Shown: positions 13,179-26,257 of the stretch, in pieces
Position numbering within the stretch: the stretch's first letter is position 1
Layout: each line of letters begins with the position of its first letter
Assembly: GCA_964016885.1 (NCBI GenBank)
Contig: OZ024740.1
Location: 340,938,001 to 341,002,000, forward strand
Direction: 5' to 3'
From: Eledone cirrhosa
Taxonomy: Eukaryota
DNA: 64,000 nucleotides
Translations under genes and position numbers: made by a program
The notes under the pieces: generated by a model
The model's input: only the letters and a program-made list of their open reading frames with translations
Databases searched by the model: none
Told to the model about the DNA's origin: nothing

Positions 13179-13180
<2 letters not shown>
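12918..13180. mobile_element. Fold-back hammerhead element (family D): perfect 99-bp-arm palindrome plus 3' tail, in (AT)n
   Basis: 12918-13016 is the reverse complement of 13018-13116 around A13017; tail 13117-13180 recurs at 46271-46330 (minus). Confidence 0.9.
13024..13083 (+). ncRNA. Type I hammerhead ribozyme (mirror copy on minus strand at 12951-13010)
   Basis: TTTCGTT-CTGAGGA-TTGAAAGCAAAA cc TTTTGCTTTTAA-GAAACCA c TGGTA-AATGGAA: full core, 12-bp stem II, GUA site. Confidence 0.85.
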
Positions 13181-13181
<1 letters not shown>

Positions 13182-13232
<51 letters not shown>

Positions 13233-13354
13233 TATATGTATGTATGTGTATATATATATATATGTGTATATATATATATATGTGTGTGTATATATATATA
13301 TGTGTATATATATATATGTGTATATATATATATATGTGTATATATATATATGTG

Positions 13355-13385
<31 letters not shown>

Positions 13386-13388
13386 GTG

Positions 13389-13419
<31 letters not shown>

Positions 13420-13557
13420 GTGTATATATGTGTATATATATATATATGTATATATATGTGTATATATATATATATATGTATATATATGTGTATATATATA
13501 TATGTGTATATATATATATGTGTATATATATATATATGTATATATATATGTATATAT

Positions 13558-13609
<52 letters not shown>

Positions 13610-13614
13610 ATATA
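13182..13614. repeat. Long compound (TA)n/(TATG/TG) microsatellite
   Basis: Direct reading; source of the Y/I/V/M-rich ORFs. Confidence 0.95.
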
Positions 13615-15240
13615 GTGAGAAGTCTGCTAGCAGCTGAAGTGTATGATAAAGTTATATCATTATATATACAGAGTGGGTTCCCGTGACTGCACCAAAATGT
13701 ATAAATATATACACATATCTTATATGTAGACATGTAAATGTCAGAAAATACGAATTTTCCTGTAAATTGAAAAAAGGATTAACATCTTTAATCGATTTTT
13801 GGATCCTCATAGTATATCATCCAATCAACCACAAGGAAACATGTATTTGATGGGTATATATACCCATTTACTCTTAGTATTATTCTGAAATAGACATACT
13901 AATTAGCACTCGTGTTGGTAATTAATTAAGATATATAGTGAGAAGTGTGCTAGCAGCTGAATTGTATGATAAAGTGATATCTATATACATACAAAGTGTG
14001 TAACAGAGACTGCACCAACATAGAGGCATGTAAACAAGTCAGAAAATATGAACTACCCTGTAAATTGAAAAAATGATAAACATCTATCATATAGATATGT
14101 ATATATACTGCAAATGAGGTTGGCTGTAGAAACAAAGCCAAAATTGGTTCTGTATGAGCAAGACATGGTCATCTGACTTGGCATTGCTCATAACAGGATA
14201 ACTCGTCTAACCCATGCCAGCGTGGAAAAATGGACGTTAAATGGTGATGATGATAATATATATATATTATATATTATAAATATATGAATGTATATGCATG
14301 TGTGGGCTTATAGATATATACAATTATAATTCCTTCCACACATACACACACATATATTTATAGCAGTGGCGAAGGGTAACCTGGAAAGCAGGGCATGCAG
14401 TTAAATCACCATGGCGGAAAGTGGGGCTCTGCAGCCTTACCCCCCCCCCCAATTCCCTCTAAATGACCCTCCCGGTCAAAGCCGCATGTAGTGTTATCTA
14501 GTGTGTGTGTGTGTTATCTTTTTATGTGTCTACGATGTAGTAAGCAGTCAAAATTCTGCTTGCCCCAAAGCTGTCGTGTGTTTGTGTGTGTGTGTATTTG
14601 TGTTATCTTTTTATGTGTCTACGATTTAATATGCAGTCAAAATTCTGCTTGCCGCAAAGCTGTCGTGTGTTTGTGTGTGTGTGTGTGTTATCTTTTTTTG
14701 TGTCTATACGTTTTAGTAAGCAGCCAAAATTCTGCTTGCTTCAACCAACGCAATTGATCAACTCAAGATTCTATAACGCATGCACTGCATGCGTTGCATG
14801 CATGGACCCTTCGCTCCTGATTTATAGGTACATGTGTATGAATCTGATTATTTATTCGTCCTATGAATAGTGTACCCAGACTACATTATTCAATGTGCCT
14901 TTTTTAAGATGGTACAGTTTGGTATGATTTTAAGTTGATTTTGATGCTATATCTAGAAGTCTGAGCAACCACAGAGAAGCTCCTTCTTTCTATTGGTTGT
15001 CACAAGGGAGGTGAATAGGGTGGATTTTGACAGAGGGAAACAATTGCTATTCCTTTGCAATAATCATTAGGAGTTATGCAAGGGACATTAATTAAGTTTG
15101 CATGAGGCTCTTGATTGAAAATTTCATCAGAGCTCCAGGCTGAAAATTTCATCAGAGCCCTTGGCTGAGAATTTGATTAGGGACATTGACTGAAAATTTC
15201 ATCAGGGCTCTTGGCTGAAAATTTAGCATTCACATTACTT

Positions 15241-18200
15241 TCATCATCATCATCATCATTATCGTTTAACGTCCATGTTCCACGCTTGCATGGGTTTGGA
15301 TGGGGGTTCTCCCACTTGAGGCAAGAGTGGTTGTCTTGCTCGCATAGGACTATCTGGCGGGTTTTCTACAGCTAGATGCCCTTCCTAACACCAACCACAT
15401 TTACAGTGTGGGACTGGGGGGCTTTTTACCATGTTGCCTACACGACCACATTACAGCGTGGACTGTATTTTTTGTTGTGACACCTACACGATCTCATTTG
15501 TTTCGGCCTGGATGTTGTGGCACCAACATAACTTTGCATTGAAAGGGGCAGTGTGGATGGGGTGGGGGTGGTGGGACGGGGGTGTATTTTGTTAGAGATG
15601 CCTACTGACTGTAGTAGGTTTTACTTTGTATTTAGGTAAGGCGGGTCTTCTCTGTTACTGAGTACCGCCAAAGGTCTCGGTCCAGTGACATTGTCTTGGA
15701 GAGGTGTAAGTGTGTGAGGTCGGAATTTATCAGCTCGTCCCAGGTTTTTCTGGGTCTGCCTACTCCGTGGCTACCATCTATCTTTATTGCCCTGCACTTT
15801 GTTATACAGCTGTCGTCTTTCATGCGCATCACGTGACCATACCAACGTAACCTTCTCTCGAGTAAACAACATCTGATCCCTCTTATTTCTAATTTTTTCC
15901 TTAGTTCGTTTATGCTTTGCCGTTCACGTATATTACTATTACACATCCAGCGGAGCATGCAAGCTTCGTTCCTCTCTAGTCTGTGTATATCCTCTGCACA
16001 CAATGCCCAGGTCTCACTGCCATGCAACATTGCTGTTCGTATGCAGGCATCATACAACCTGCCTTTCATTTTTAGGGAGAACCCTTTAGCGGCTAATAGT
16101 GGTATAAGCTCTCTGAACTTTTTACATCCAGTTCTGACTCTAGCTACTGTACTTTCAGAGCACCCTCCCCCACTGCTGATTTTGTCACCCAGGTAACGGA
16201 AGCTGTCCACTATTTCTATAGAACCCTCTGCGCAATTGAAAGAGCTAGTATTTTGTGGCCACTTGCTGCTACTTATTGCACCAGAGCACTGGCCACATGT
16301 AAAATCTGTGTTCTTAGTTAGCTTACCTGTGATCCCACTACATCTTTTATGCACCCATACTTTGCATTTGGGACATAAAATGGAGTTTCTACCTACACCT
16401 TTCCTACACACTGAGCATGGCCATTTCCCGGAAGGGACCGGCGCCTTATTTTCTTTCCTACAAACTAGAACTTTAGTCTTAGCCAGGTTAATTTTAAGGC
16501 CTTTTGATTCTAGGCCGTGCTTCCATGTTTGGAATTTCTTCTCTAGCTCGGCCATTGATTCAGCTATGAGCGTTAGATCATCTGCATATAGGAGTTCCCA
16601 TGGGCAGCCGGTCTTGAACTCCTCTGTTATAGCCTGAAGGGCAATAATAAATAGTAGGGGGCTAAGAACAGAGCCCTGATGGACGCCAACTTTTACGCTA
16701 AACTCTTCACTATATTCGTTGTTAATTCTAACCTTGCTGACTGTTTCTTTATACATGGCTTGTATAGCTCTCACAAGCCATTCGTCAACACCTAGTTTTC
16801 TAAGAGCCCACCAGATAATGGAACGGGGGACTCTGTCGAAGGCTTTCTCCAAGTCGACAAAAGCTAAGTATAGGGGTTTACTTTTAGCTAGGTGCTTCTC
16901 CTGTAGTTGTCGTACAATGAAAAGAGCGTCTGTGGTACTTTTGCCTGACACAAACCCGAACTGCATTTCATCTAGATCAATTCTCTCTCTGATTAGTTGC
17001 GCTATTACTTTTTCCGTGACCTCCATGACCTGGTCGATTAATTTAATGCCTCTATAGTTACTCCTATCTAGGGCGTCTCCTTTACCCTTGTAACAGTTAA
17101 CGATGATGCTGCTACGCCAGTCCTTCGGAACAACCCCATTCTGTATGACTTGGTTTACTATCCGGGTGACCATGGTGTGTCCCACCGTACCAGAGGCTTT
17201 CAGCATCTCAGCAACTATTTCCGAAGGCCCAGCCGCCTTACCCGTCTTCATATCTTTGATTGCCTTACTTATTATACTACCTTCGACTCACACTGCTGGT
17301 CCCTCTATTGGGTCGATGTGGGGGAGACTGTCTTTCTCCCATTTATTCTCCTCATTTAGTAGCCTTTCGTAGTGACACTTCCAAGCTACCTTCTTATCAG
17401 CGTCAGTGATGGCAAGTACGCCATCATCGTTAAGTACACACTTCTCCCCGACAATATCACGGTTTTCCTTGACACATTGCCTAGCAATCCTGAACACCTC
17501 ATGTTTTTGGTCCTCGCGTTGTAGAACATGCTTGAACTTTCTTTCCTCTGCTTCCCTTCTTGCGAAGTACACTTGTCTCCTAGCTTCCCTCCTGGCCACT
17601 TGATAGTCTTCTCTACTTCCCCCATCCCGCCATGCTTTCCAAGCCTGCTTTTTGGCCTTGATTGACCCCTCCACCTTACTGTTCCACCACCATGTTACTC
17701 TCCTCCTGCCTACAGGCCTGCTCCATCCACAGACTTCGTCTGCCGCCATCAGCAGGTTTGCTTTCAGGAATTCCCACTGTTCCTCTACCTTGTACGACTC
17801 TAATTGCTCTTCCTTACTGTCGAAAGCATCAAGTAATATGCTTTGAAATTTATTTCTGGCTGTGGGATCCTTTAGCTTCCATATTTTTCTCCTGAGGATA
17901 GTCCTCTTCTGTTGTCTAGTACGTCTCGTCCTGACTATCATCATTTCATCATCATTTCATTTTACGTCCGCTTTTTCCCTGCTTGCAAGGGTGGGACGGG
18001 AACTGATGCTGGCTTGATTTCTACAGCTGGATGCCCTTCCTAACACCAACCTCATTTACAGCGAGTGCTGGGTGCTTTTTTGCCGTGGCACCTCCACGAC
18101 CATCTTGCAGTGGAATGATATGGACCCCAGTCCCTATCATCTCATTTCTACAGCTGAGTAAACTGGAGCAATGTGAAATAAAGTGTCTTGCTCAAGGAAA

Positions 18201-18992
18201 CAACACATCACCCGGTCTGAGAATTGAACTCACAACCTTTCGATTGCAAGGCCAATGCTCTAACCACTAAGCCATGTGCCTCCATGAGGTCGCTAATTAT
18301 CAGTCTATGTTGGGAGGTGCATTCTTCATGGGGAAGGGATTTAGTGTTTACAACAGACACTCTGTCACGTCTTCTGGTAAGGATATAATCTACCTAGCTG
18401 GTATGTTCCCCCGATCTGTAGGTGATCAAGTGATTGTCTCGTTTTTTTAAGTTAGTGTTACAGATAGTAGGTTGTTTGTATCACAGAATTCCAGGATTCT
18501 GGAGCCTTCCTTGTTTCTAGTACCAAACCCATAGCCTCCGTGGATTCCATCATAGCCGTCATAATGTTATCCAACATGGCCATTTAGGTCGCCAGCAATA
18601 ATTATATAGTCACTGTCGGTTATTTGGGAGGTAGTGAGCATCAGTGTCTCATAGAATCTGTCTTTTATAGCGCCAGGCAGTCCGGATTGGGGCGCGTATG
18701 CAGATATTACTGTCACAGTAGTTCTGTTTAGAACAAGTCTTATTTTAATTATTCTGTCATTCACTCTATTTACATCTATTATCTTATCCACCCATTTTTA
18801 TACTAACATGATTCCTACCCCACCTATCCCATTGTCATTTCCCACCCAGAAAAGCTTATAGCAACGTTTTTTACCCACAATGAATCTAGCAGACCCGCCC
18901 CTCCACCTGGTCTCTTGGATACAGCAAACATCAACCTCCTTACGTTCAAGCAATTCTACAACCTCGTTAGAGCGGCCTTTTAAGGTGCCTAC
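15241..18992 (-). mobile_element. Near-full-length RTE family A copy (APE + RT), interrupted by a SINE
   Basis: Starts VGTLKGRSNEVVELLERKEVDVCCIQETRW (APE); SAYAPQ and AGDLNGHVG in ORF 18567-18791; ORFs 17288-17944 and 15632-17251 nearly identical to copy 5624-8454; (CAT)n tail at 15242. Confidence 0.95.
17939..18283 (-). mobile_element. Full-length tRNA-derived SINE with RTE-B tail, inserted in RTE-A
   Basis: Head GGAGGCACATGGCTTAGTGG (A box)...GAGTTCAATTC (B box); CORE-like ccttgagcaagacactt; tail cccacccttgcaagcagggaaaaagcggacgtaaaatga; removing it restores the RTE-A sequence. Confidence 0.9.
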
Positions 18993-19753
18993 TACTTTAT
19001 ATATACTATTATATTTTCATGGTAACGGCTTTACTTTGCATAATTATCTCACATAATATCGAATCTATGAGATTTTGAAAGTATTTATTTTGAGAACGAT
19101 ACCTTAACATCAGTTTGAGCAACCAGTTACAGCCAGTTTCAACAGAACAAGGTAGAGAATTCTGGCCGGTTTGAACATTAAAGGGTTAAACTGCCCAAGA
19201 CATATCATATATCACTATGGTGCCCCTACAACTCCATCGGGAGCGACAGGTCCATGGCATAGCAGACTAACAAGAACACTGAAGACTTGTTGCTTTCATT
19301 ATGTAAACATTTGTTATATAATATTTAGAACATAGACAAGAATGCTGTTGTTACTGTTGCTGTTACTGTTATTGTTGCTGCTGGTGCTGGTGCTGTTACT
19401 GCTATTGTTGCTGCTGGTGCTGCTGGTACTGTTGGTGCTGCTGTTGCTGTTACTGCTATTGCTGGTACTGCTATTGTTGCTGCTGGTGCTGGTGCTGCTG
19501 CTGATGATGATGAAAATGATGATTATGGTGAGGATAGTGATGATGATGATGCAACAACATCCACAATAAGAACAACAGCAACTGCATCAAAAACAACATC
19601 TATAGACAGTCACACAGATACACACACACATACTCACACTCACACACATACACACACTCACACACATACACACACTCACACACATTATATACACATGCAT
19701 GCAAGGAATTGATGCTGTTGTGCCATCAATCTAATTAGATAATATAGTCTGAC

Positions 19754-19930
19754 CAGAGCCGGCTTTATCATTATGCTTAGGTGTGCTTAAGCACATGGGC
19801 CCTTTGGCCAGGGTGGGGCCCATCTTCCTGTCAAAAGCATTTTCCATGATGAAATTTTCAAGTGTTTTTCAAGCAAGGGGCCTCATAACCTAACTAGTAC
19901 AGGGCCTCATTTGTCCTAAATCTGACACTG
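19754..19930. mobile_element. hAT-type MITE
   Basis: Imperfect TIRs CAGAGCCGGCTTTA / TAAATCTGACACTG; flanking 8-mers agtctgac / agtttgcc consistent with a decayed 8-bp TSD. Confidence 0.6.
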
Positions 19931-20709
19931 AGTTTGCCTACTGATAGAACATGTGTCAGTTTTAACCACACTGAAGCTGACGAAATCCATCCAGGCTGAA
20001 ACAACAATTCTTTAGTTCAGAAGAGAGAAGATGTTTTAGTACCAGGAAGGAATTGCATGTCTATGACAACCTGTGAAAGTGTACACCATGGTAACTTTTC
20101 GAAAGTAAATGTACCTCCACCCTGTTTTGTTCAGTAATTTGAGTTTACATGTAGGCATCACAACAATAAACACCCAGTACTTACGGTAAATGAGGTTGGC
20201 ACTATGAAGGGCATCCAGCTGTAGAAACCAAGCCAAAAATCAGTTTTATATGAGCAAGACATGGTCACCTGACCTGACATTGCTCACAATAGGATAACTT
20301 GTTTAACCCATGCCAGCATGGAAAAATGGACGTTAAACGGTGATGATGATGATGATGTTGCTCTGTAATTTCCAATTACTATAATCCTCAATGGCCTTAC
20401 TAGTTTGATTAGCACATTCTCAATTTCATTCCTAAAAACTTTTTGTTTTCTTCTTTGTAAATAGTATATCATATGTTTTTCCTTTAGGCATATTTTTTAT
20501 ATTTCAAATTTATGAACGACTAGTGAAATAAATGATAAAAAACACAAACATGGTGAGGGATATTGAAGATAATTTTATCTAATTTTATCCATGAAGTGCT
20601 TTACTTCAGCTCTCAACTCATGAAAATGTTTGAACATACATTGTTTGCTTAGCTAGAGAAAGCTTCACAATGGTACAATAACCTTTGGAAGTCCTACAAA
20701 TTTCTTTAA

Positions 20710-20901
20710 CCCTTTCATGATTGTATTTCTAATGAAATACACTTGATTTCGATTAATTAATGAAGAATTTTGAGGGATTATCTAAAAACACATGGTTCTT
20801 ATATACAATTATGTTGGAAGATCTAAGTAGAAAACCTTTTAAATTGGTGATTTTGTTTCATAGAACCAGAGTTGGGTTTAACTGGATTGATACAAAAAGG
20901 G
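20710..20901. mobile_element. piggyBac-type MITE
   Basis: TTAA-CCCTTT...AAAGGG-TTAA termini. Confidence 0.55.
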
Positions 20902-21169
20902 TTAAACCCTCTAGTGTTCAAGTCCTTATTATAAAATGATTGTATTTAGTTACCATTTTCCTCACATTGTTAATTCTTGTGCATGCCATCATTGGTGGGA
21001 TGGTATATTCATTGGAGAAATGAATTTTACATTGGATGGATGCCTTTCTTAGCACTAACTACTGAACCAGAAAGGCTGGTGGAATTTGTTGAAATTCAGG
21101 TTGTCAATCTGGAGTAAGGAAGAAGTAAAGACTAATATCAAGTCAAGAGAGGTAAAGAGAACATGTGAG

Positions 21170-21277
<108 letters not shown>

Positions 21278-23159
21278 AGGGGAGCAGATTGAGAGAGATG
21301 GGAAGAGTAGAGAAAGAGGGGGCGGGGGCAGATTGAGAGAGAGAGAAAGAAAGAGAGAAGCTGTGAGGAAGCAATGGCACTTCAGACGAAAGAGAAAGAC
21401 AGGAAAAGAAAAGAAGCAATAGACACTGCCACCATTACAGAAACAGAAGAAAAATTAAAGGACATTTATTGCCACTGAGAGATGGATTCACTCAATAAAT
21501 GACACTGTATCATGTGACAAAATGTTAAGTGTAGACATGACTAAGAGAAGAAAACAAAATATTATTCTGTTTGTTTGTCTCTTACTTATGTATTTATGGT
21601 ATGTCATATTTAGAACGTCATTTTTGTTGTTATATAATTACAGCAATTTAAGAAACATTTTTATTCTTTTACTTGTTTCAGTCACTGGGCTGTGGCCATG
21701 CTTAGTATTGATAGTTGCAAGAATTAGTCTTGTTTGACGAACTTGTGAGTACACAGGAGAAACACTTGAGTAACAAAACTCAAGCTTGGCCTTAATAATA
21801 ATGAACCAATTGAGAAATTTTATTTCCCTCATAGTTCCAGATTCAGTCCCACTGCATAGCACTTTGAACAAAAAATGATTAATTATGTGTATATATATAT
21901 ATTTTGAGGATGCTAGCAGGGGACTTCAATGGTCATGTTGGACAACTCCAGCATGGTTACACTGAGGTACATGGTGGGCACGGTTACGGCTCAAGAAATG
22001 AAGAAGGAGTGAGACTTCTTGAATTTTGTGATGCAAGTACACTGACTATTTGCAACACTAACTTCCAGAAACCTGCCAACCACCTCATAACCTACAAATC
22101 TGGCGAGCATATAAGCCAGATTGACTTCTTACTAGTTAGGCAGCGGGACAGGCAGATAGTGTCTAATACCAAGGCATACCCTGGGGAAGAATGTACCCCA
22201 CAGCATAGGTTAGTCGTTAGTGATATCTCGGTAAGCAAGAGATGGAATGAGACATACAGGAAGGTGTGGAGAAGAAAGGTCTTGAAGCTAAAAGACCTTT
22301 CATTAAAATACAAATTTAGGAAAGCCCTTCAAGATGTGTATGACGAAAAAGAAGACGATTTAGAGACGTATGACATAGATAATAACTGGAATTTCTTACG
22401 TGACAACTTACTGCAGGCTACTGATGAAACTTGTGGCTGAGGCAAAGCTCCAACCAGACAGAGAGTGACCTGATGGTGGAACAGCACAGTAGATAAGGCC
22501 ATTAGAGACAAAAGACTAGCATGGAAGGCTTGGAAAAAGGGTGGGAGTAGAGAAGGATATACAGCCGCTAAGAGAGAAGCTAGATGTCAGGTGTACTTAG
22601 CACGCAGGGAGGCTGAGAGTAGGAGGTTTGCCAATGTTCTGTGATGGGAAGATCAGAGGTGTGCGGTGTTCCACATTGCAAGGCAGTGTGTCAATGCAAA
22701 TCAGGATGTTGTTGGAGATAAATGTGTCCGGAATGATGCCGGTGTACTTAGTGTCACGAATGATCAGAAAAAGGAGGCCTGGAAATGTCATTATGCGAGA
22801 CTGATGAATGTGGAGAACGAATGGGAGAGACAGAAATTACCTCAGTAGATCTGACAGAGGGACCAGCTATTGAGATTGACGAATATAGGGTCCAAGAGGC
22901 GATTAAGGAAATGAAAAATGGTAAGGATGCTGGACCATCGGGGATAGTTGTTGAAATGCTGAAGGAATCAGGGGACGTAGGCACTAAACTGGTTGCACGC
23001 ATCATCAATCAGGCTATTTATGGTGGTGTTATACCCAAAGACTGGTGCAGCAGTATTCTCATAAATTGCTACAAATGTAAAGGTGATGCTCTGGAGAGGA
23101 GCAATTATAGGGGTATAAAACTGATGGATCAGGTTATGAAAGTGGCAGAAAGGATATTT

Positions 23160-23492
23160 ATCATTTCATTTTACGTCCGCTTTTTCCCTGCTTGCAATGG
23201 TGGGACGGGAACTGATGCTGGCTTGATTTCTACAGCTGGATGCCCTTCCTAACACCAACCTCATTTACAGTGAGTACTGGGTGCTTTTTTGCTGTGGCAC
23301 CTGCACGACCACTTTACAGTGGAATGATAAGGACTTCAGTCCCTATCATCTCATTTCTACGGCTGAGTAAACTGGAGCAATGTGAAATAAAGTGTCTTGC
23401 TCAAGGAAACAACACATCACCCGGTCTGAGAATTGAACTCACAACCTTTGGATTGCAAGGCCAATGCTCTAACCACTAAGCCATGTGCCTCC
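23160..23492 (-). mobile_element. Full-length tRNA-derived SINE (same family as 17939-18283)
   Basis: Near-identical sequence; identical-type 79-aa artefact ORF at 23240. Confidence 0.9.
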
Positions 23493-23509
23493 AAAAATAT
23501 TGTAATAAA

Positions 23510-23581
23510 GGCTCCAGCGAGTTTCGAACTCGTGACCTTCCGCGTGTGAAGCAGACGTGATAACCACTACACTATGGAACC
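23510..23581 (-). tRNA. trnV: tRNA-Val(CAC), probably a retroposed pre-tRNA copy
   Basis: GGTTCCATAGTGTAGTGGTTATCACGTCTGCTTCACACGCGGAAGGTCACGAGTTCGAAACTCGCTGGAGCC folds as a cloverleaf, anticodon CAC; one A:C mismatch in T stem, T at discriminator; followed by TTTATTACAATATTTTT. Confidence 0.85.
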
Positions 23582-24934
23582 AATTTCGCACAACTAATTA
23601 GAGAAAGGGTCAAACTAGATGAGATGCAGTTTAGTTTTGTGCCTGGGAAGAGTACAACAGATGCCCTCTTCTTGGTGAGACAATTACAAGAGAGGTTCTT
23701 AGAGAAAAATAAGCCACTATACTTAGCCTTTGTTGACCTAGAGAAGGCCTTTGATAGGGTACCCCGATCTGTCATCTGGTGGTCCCTAAGGAAACTAGAT
23801 GTTGAGGAATGGCTTGTGAGGACAGTGCAAGCTTTGTACAGAGGTACTGTCGTAGGAGTACATCAAGGTTCGGTCCTCAGCCCGCTCTTGTTCATTATAG
23901 TCCTCCAAGCCATAACAGAGGAGTTTAAGACTGGCTGTCCATGGGAACTTCTCTATGCTGACGATCTGGTTCTTATAGCAGAATCAGTAGAGGAGCTAGA
24001 GAATAAATTCTGCCTAAGGAAACAGCAGTTGGAAGCAAGAGCACTGAGAGTGAACCTAGCTAAGACAAAAGTGTTGATGAGAAGAAAATAGGACAAAACT
24101 CTGATTCCGTCAGGGAAATGGCCATGTTCGATATGCAGAAAAGGAACTGGCATAAATTCTATAAAATGCACACAATGCAGATCCTGGGTACACAAGAGAT
24201 GTAGTGGGATAGCAGGCAAACTAACAGGTAGGGAGAAATACGTATGCAGTAGATGTACAGGGAAATTAGACAGTAGAAGTCGCATTTTTCAAATGCAGGC
24301 GGGTGCTATAGAAGTGGTGGATAGCTTCCGGTACCTAGGAGATCAGATTAGCATGGGAGGGGGGTGTTCCGAGGCCATAGTATCTAGAATAAGGACGGGT
24401 TGGAAGAAGTTTAGGGAGCTGCTTCCTCTGCTGACGAAGAAGGGTTTCTCCCTGCGTACAAAAGGCCGGTTATATGATGCCTGTGTGAGGAGCGCGATAC
24501 TGCATGGTAGTGAGACATGGGCAGCAACTGCAGAGGATATGCGACGGCTGGAGAGAAATGAGGCAAGCATGCTCCGTTGGATGTACAATGTCAATGTGCG
24601 TGAACGACCCAGCATAAATGTGTTGAGAGAGAAACTGTGTCTGAGAGGGACAGAATGTAGTGTGCGAGAGAGGAGACTTAGGTGGTATGGACATGTGATG
24701 CGCATGGGGGATGACCGATGGGTGAAGAAGTGTCAGGAAATACCAGTTGAAGGTAGACGTGGTAGAGGTAGACCATGAAAAACATGGGCGGAAGTGGTGA
24801 GAACAGACCTCAGATCACTGAAGCTCACGGTGGAGATGACGAAGGACCGTGACAAGTGGAGAGATGCTGTGCTAAATAAGACCTGTCCCACCCTTGCAAG
24901 CAGGGAAAAGCGGACGTAAAATATATATATATGT

Positions 24935-25140
24935 CTTCTCTTCTGTCTTCTTCACCCACTTATTCCTGAGAGGGTCGCGAGGGCATAGTCCTCAAATACT
25001 CCTTCCAGTGGGTCCTGTCAGAAGCAACTGTCTCCAACTGATCCAGCTGGATCCCCAAGTGTGACCAGCCAAGTTCATGGATGCTATCCAACCATCTTGC
25101 TCAGATTCTACCACAGGGTCTCTTACCGGTTGGTTTTGCC
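24935..25140 (-). mobile_element. 3' end of a third RTE-type LINE with (GAA)n-like tail
   Basis: Minus strand reads KPTGKRPCGRI*ARWLDSI...VASDRTHWKEYL, resembling the RTE C-terminal G.RP.GRP..RW.D...DR..W motif. Confidence 0.65.
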
Positions 25141-25367
25141 AATATATATATAATTAACAGATCAATCTCGAACCATGTATCACACCTGAATAAACTTAAT
25201 GATGAAACTCTGACACCTCGTTCCTACTTATTATTAATATTACACTCTGCTTATAGAGGAAACCAACTATAGTATAATACCAAATATATAACACCAAGTA
25301 CTATACATAAATGGACACACCTTTGCAACAAGTGCTCAAGTTAGTGACCCTATATATATATATATAT

Positions 25368-25545
25368 ATATTAAAATAACAGATTAAAGTTTAAGCAAAG
25401 ATCCCGTTAAGGGTGAAAACAGCGATTCTTTGCTTAAACTTTAATCTGTTATTTTAATAAATATTTGCTCTAGGGTTCTTATATATTTGATATATATTTA
25501 TCCTTATCGAGCCCTCTTTGGATTTTAGTCTTCACATTTATTATT
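25368..25545. mobile_element. Short fold-back element with ~33-bp arms and one-sided tail, in (AT)n
   Basis: tattaaaataacagattaaagtttaagcaaaga ... tctttgcttaaactttaatctgttattttaata plus ~85-bp tail. Confidence 0.7.
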
Positions 25546-25556
25546 ATTACTATTAT

Positions 25557-25600
<44 letters not shown>

Positions 25601-25601
<1 letters not shown>

Positions 25602-25814
25602 TATAATGAGAGAAAGAGAGGTAAAATTTCGACCGCGATGCCAAGTGGTTTCGACTTGTGTGTTCAGCAAGCTTTTTTGCTGAATATACAAGTCAAAACT
25701 GCTTGGCATCACGGTTGAGATTTTACCTATCTTTATACCTACTCTGTATCTCCTCATGCACTGAGTACTTCCATGATTTGTTGTCTCCTTGGTCACAGCA
25801 CTGTAGACTCAATA
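25601..25814. mobile_element. Fold-back element containing the 3' half of a hammerhead in each arm
   Basis: Arms ~25616-25670 / 25677-25732; arm consensus GAAACCGC ttggcatc GCGGTC (stem III + GUC); one-sided tail 25733-25814. Confidence 0.65.
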
Positions 25815-25900
25815 CATATATATATATATATATAACCCATGCTAGTGTTGAAGATAGACGTCAAATGATGATGATGATGATGATGATATATATATATATA

Positions 25901-26085
25901 ATGAAGGAATTGTGGTAAGGAACCAGATGGACCATAACGCACCAGAGTACTCAATATTTATGGTAGTAGAGTGGGTAATAGGAAAAAGTATGACCCCGAC
26001 GGCAGAGCTCAAGCCGTTTTGACGGCTATTTCAGTCCAGAAATAGCCGTCGAAACGGCTTGAGCTCTGCCATTGGGGTCATACTT

Positions 26086-26090
<5 letters not shown>
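25901..26090. mobile_element. Family C fold-back copy
   Basis: Tail on left; palindrome 25983-26089 turning at ggctatttc agtcca gaaatagcc. Confidence 0.85.
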
Positions 26091-26122
<32 letters not shown>

Positions 26123-26257
26123 GGGTTTAACGTCCTACATTTAAGCCTTTATTGTTTCTATGGCAGAAAATATTTATACTCTGCTTTTTCCTAAGTATAG
26201 AGTGCTTAGTTGAGTGGAAGTCTTATAGGTCTAAACCATTAACATTTCACCTATATA

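Larger units (their letters stand above)
21905..24921 (+). mobile_element. RTE family B LINE, decayed, 5'-truncated within APE, interrupted by tRNA+SINE
   Basis: AGDFNGHVG, IDFLLV, QHRLVV (APE); NYRGIKL, QGSVLSP, YADD, FRYLG; several stops and an internal deletion near 23850; ends cccttgcaagcagggaaaagcggacgtaaaat. Confidence 0.92.

Noticed and set aside
13087-13733. Y/I/C/V-rich ORFs here and at 2705-3179, 19342, 21086-21422, 34211-34602, 38010, 48249
   Set aside because: Translations of (AT)n, (CA)n, (GA)n and trinucleotide microsatellites
18031-18270. Recurrent 79-aa ORF MPFLTPTSFT (also 23240, 52053) as a small gene family
   Set aside because: Antisense reading of a young Pol III SINE; conservation reflects copy youth
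18210-18283. SINE heads as functional tRNA genes
   Set aside because: A and B boxes are present but there is no acceptor stem, and they run directly into SINE body
19970-20020. CTGACGA...GAAAC motif
   Set aside because: No convincing stem II or III; likely chance
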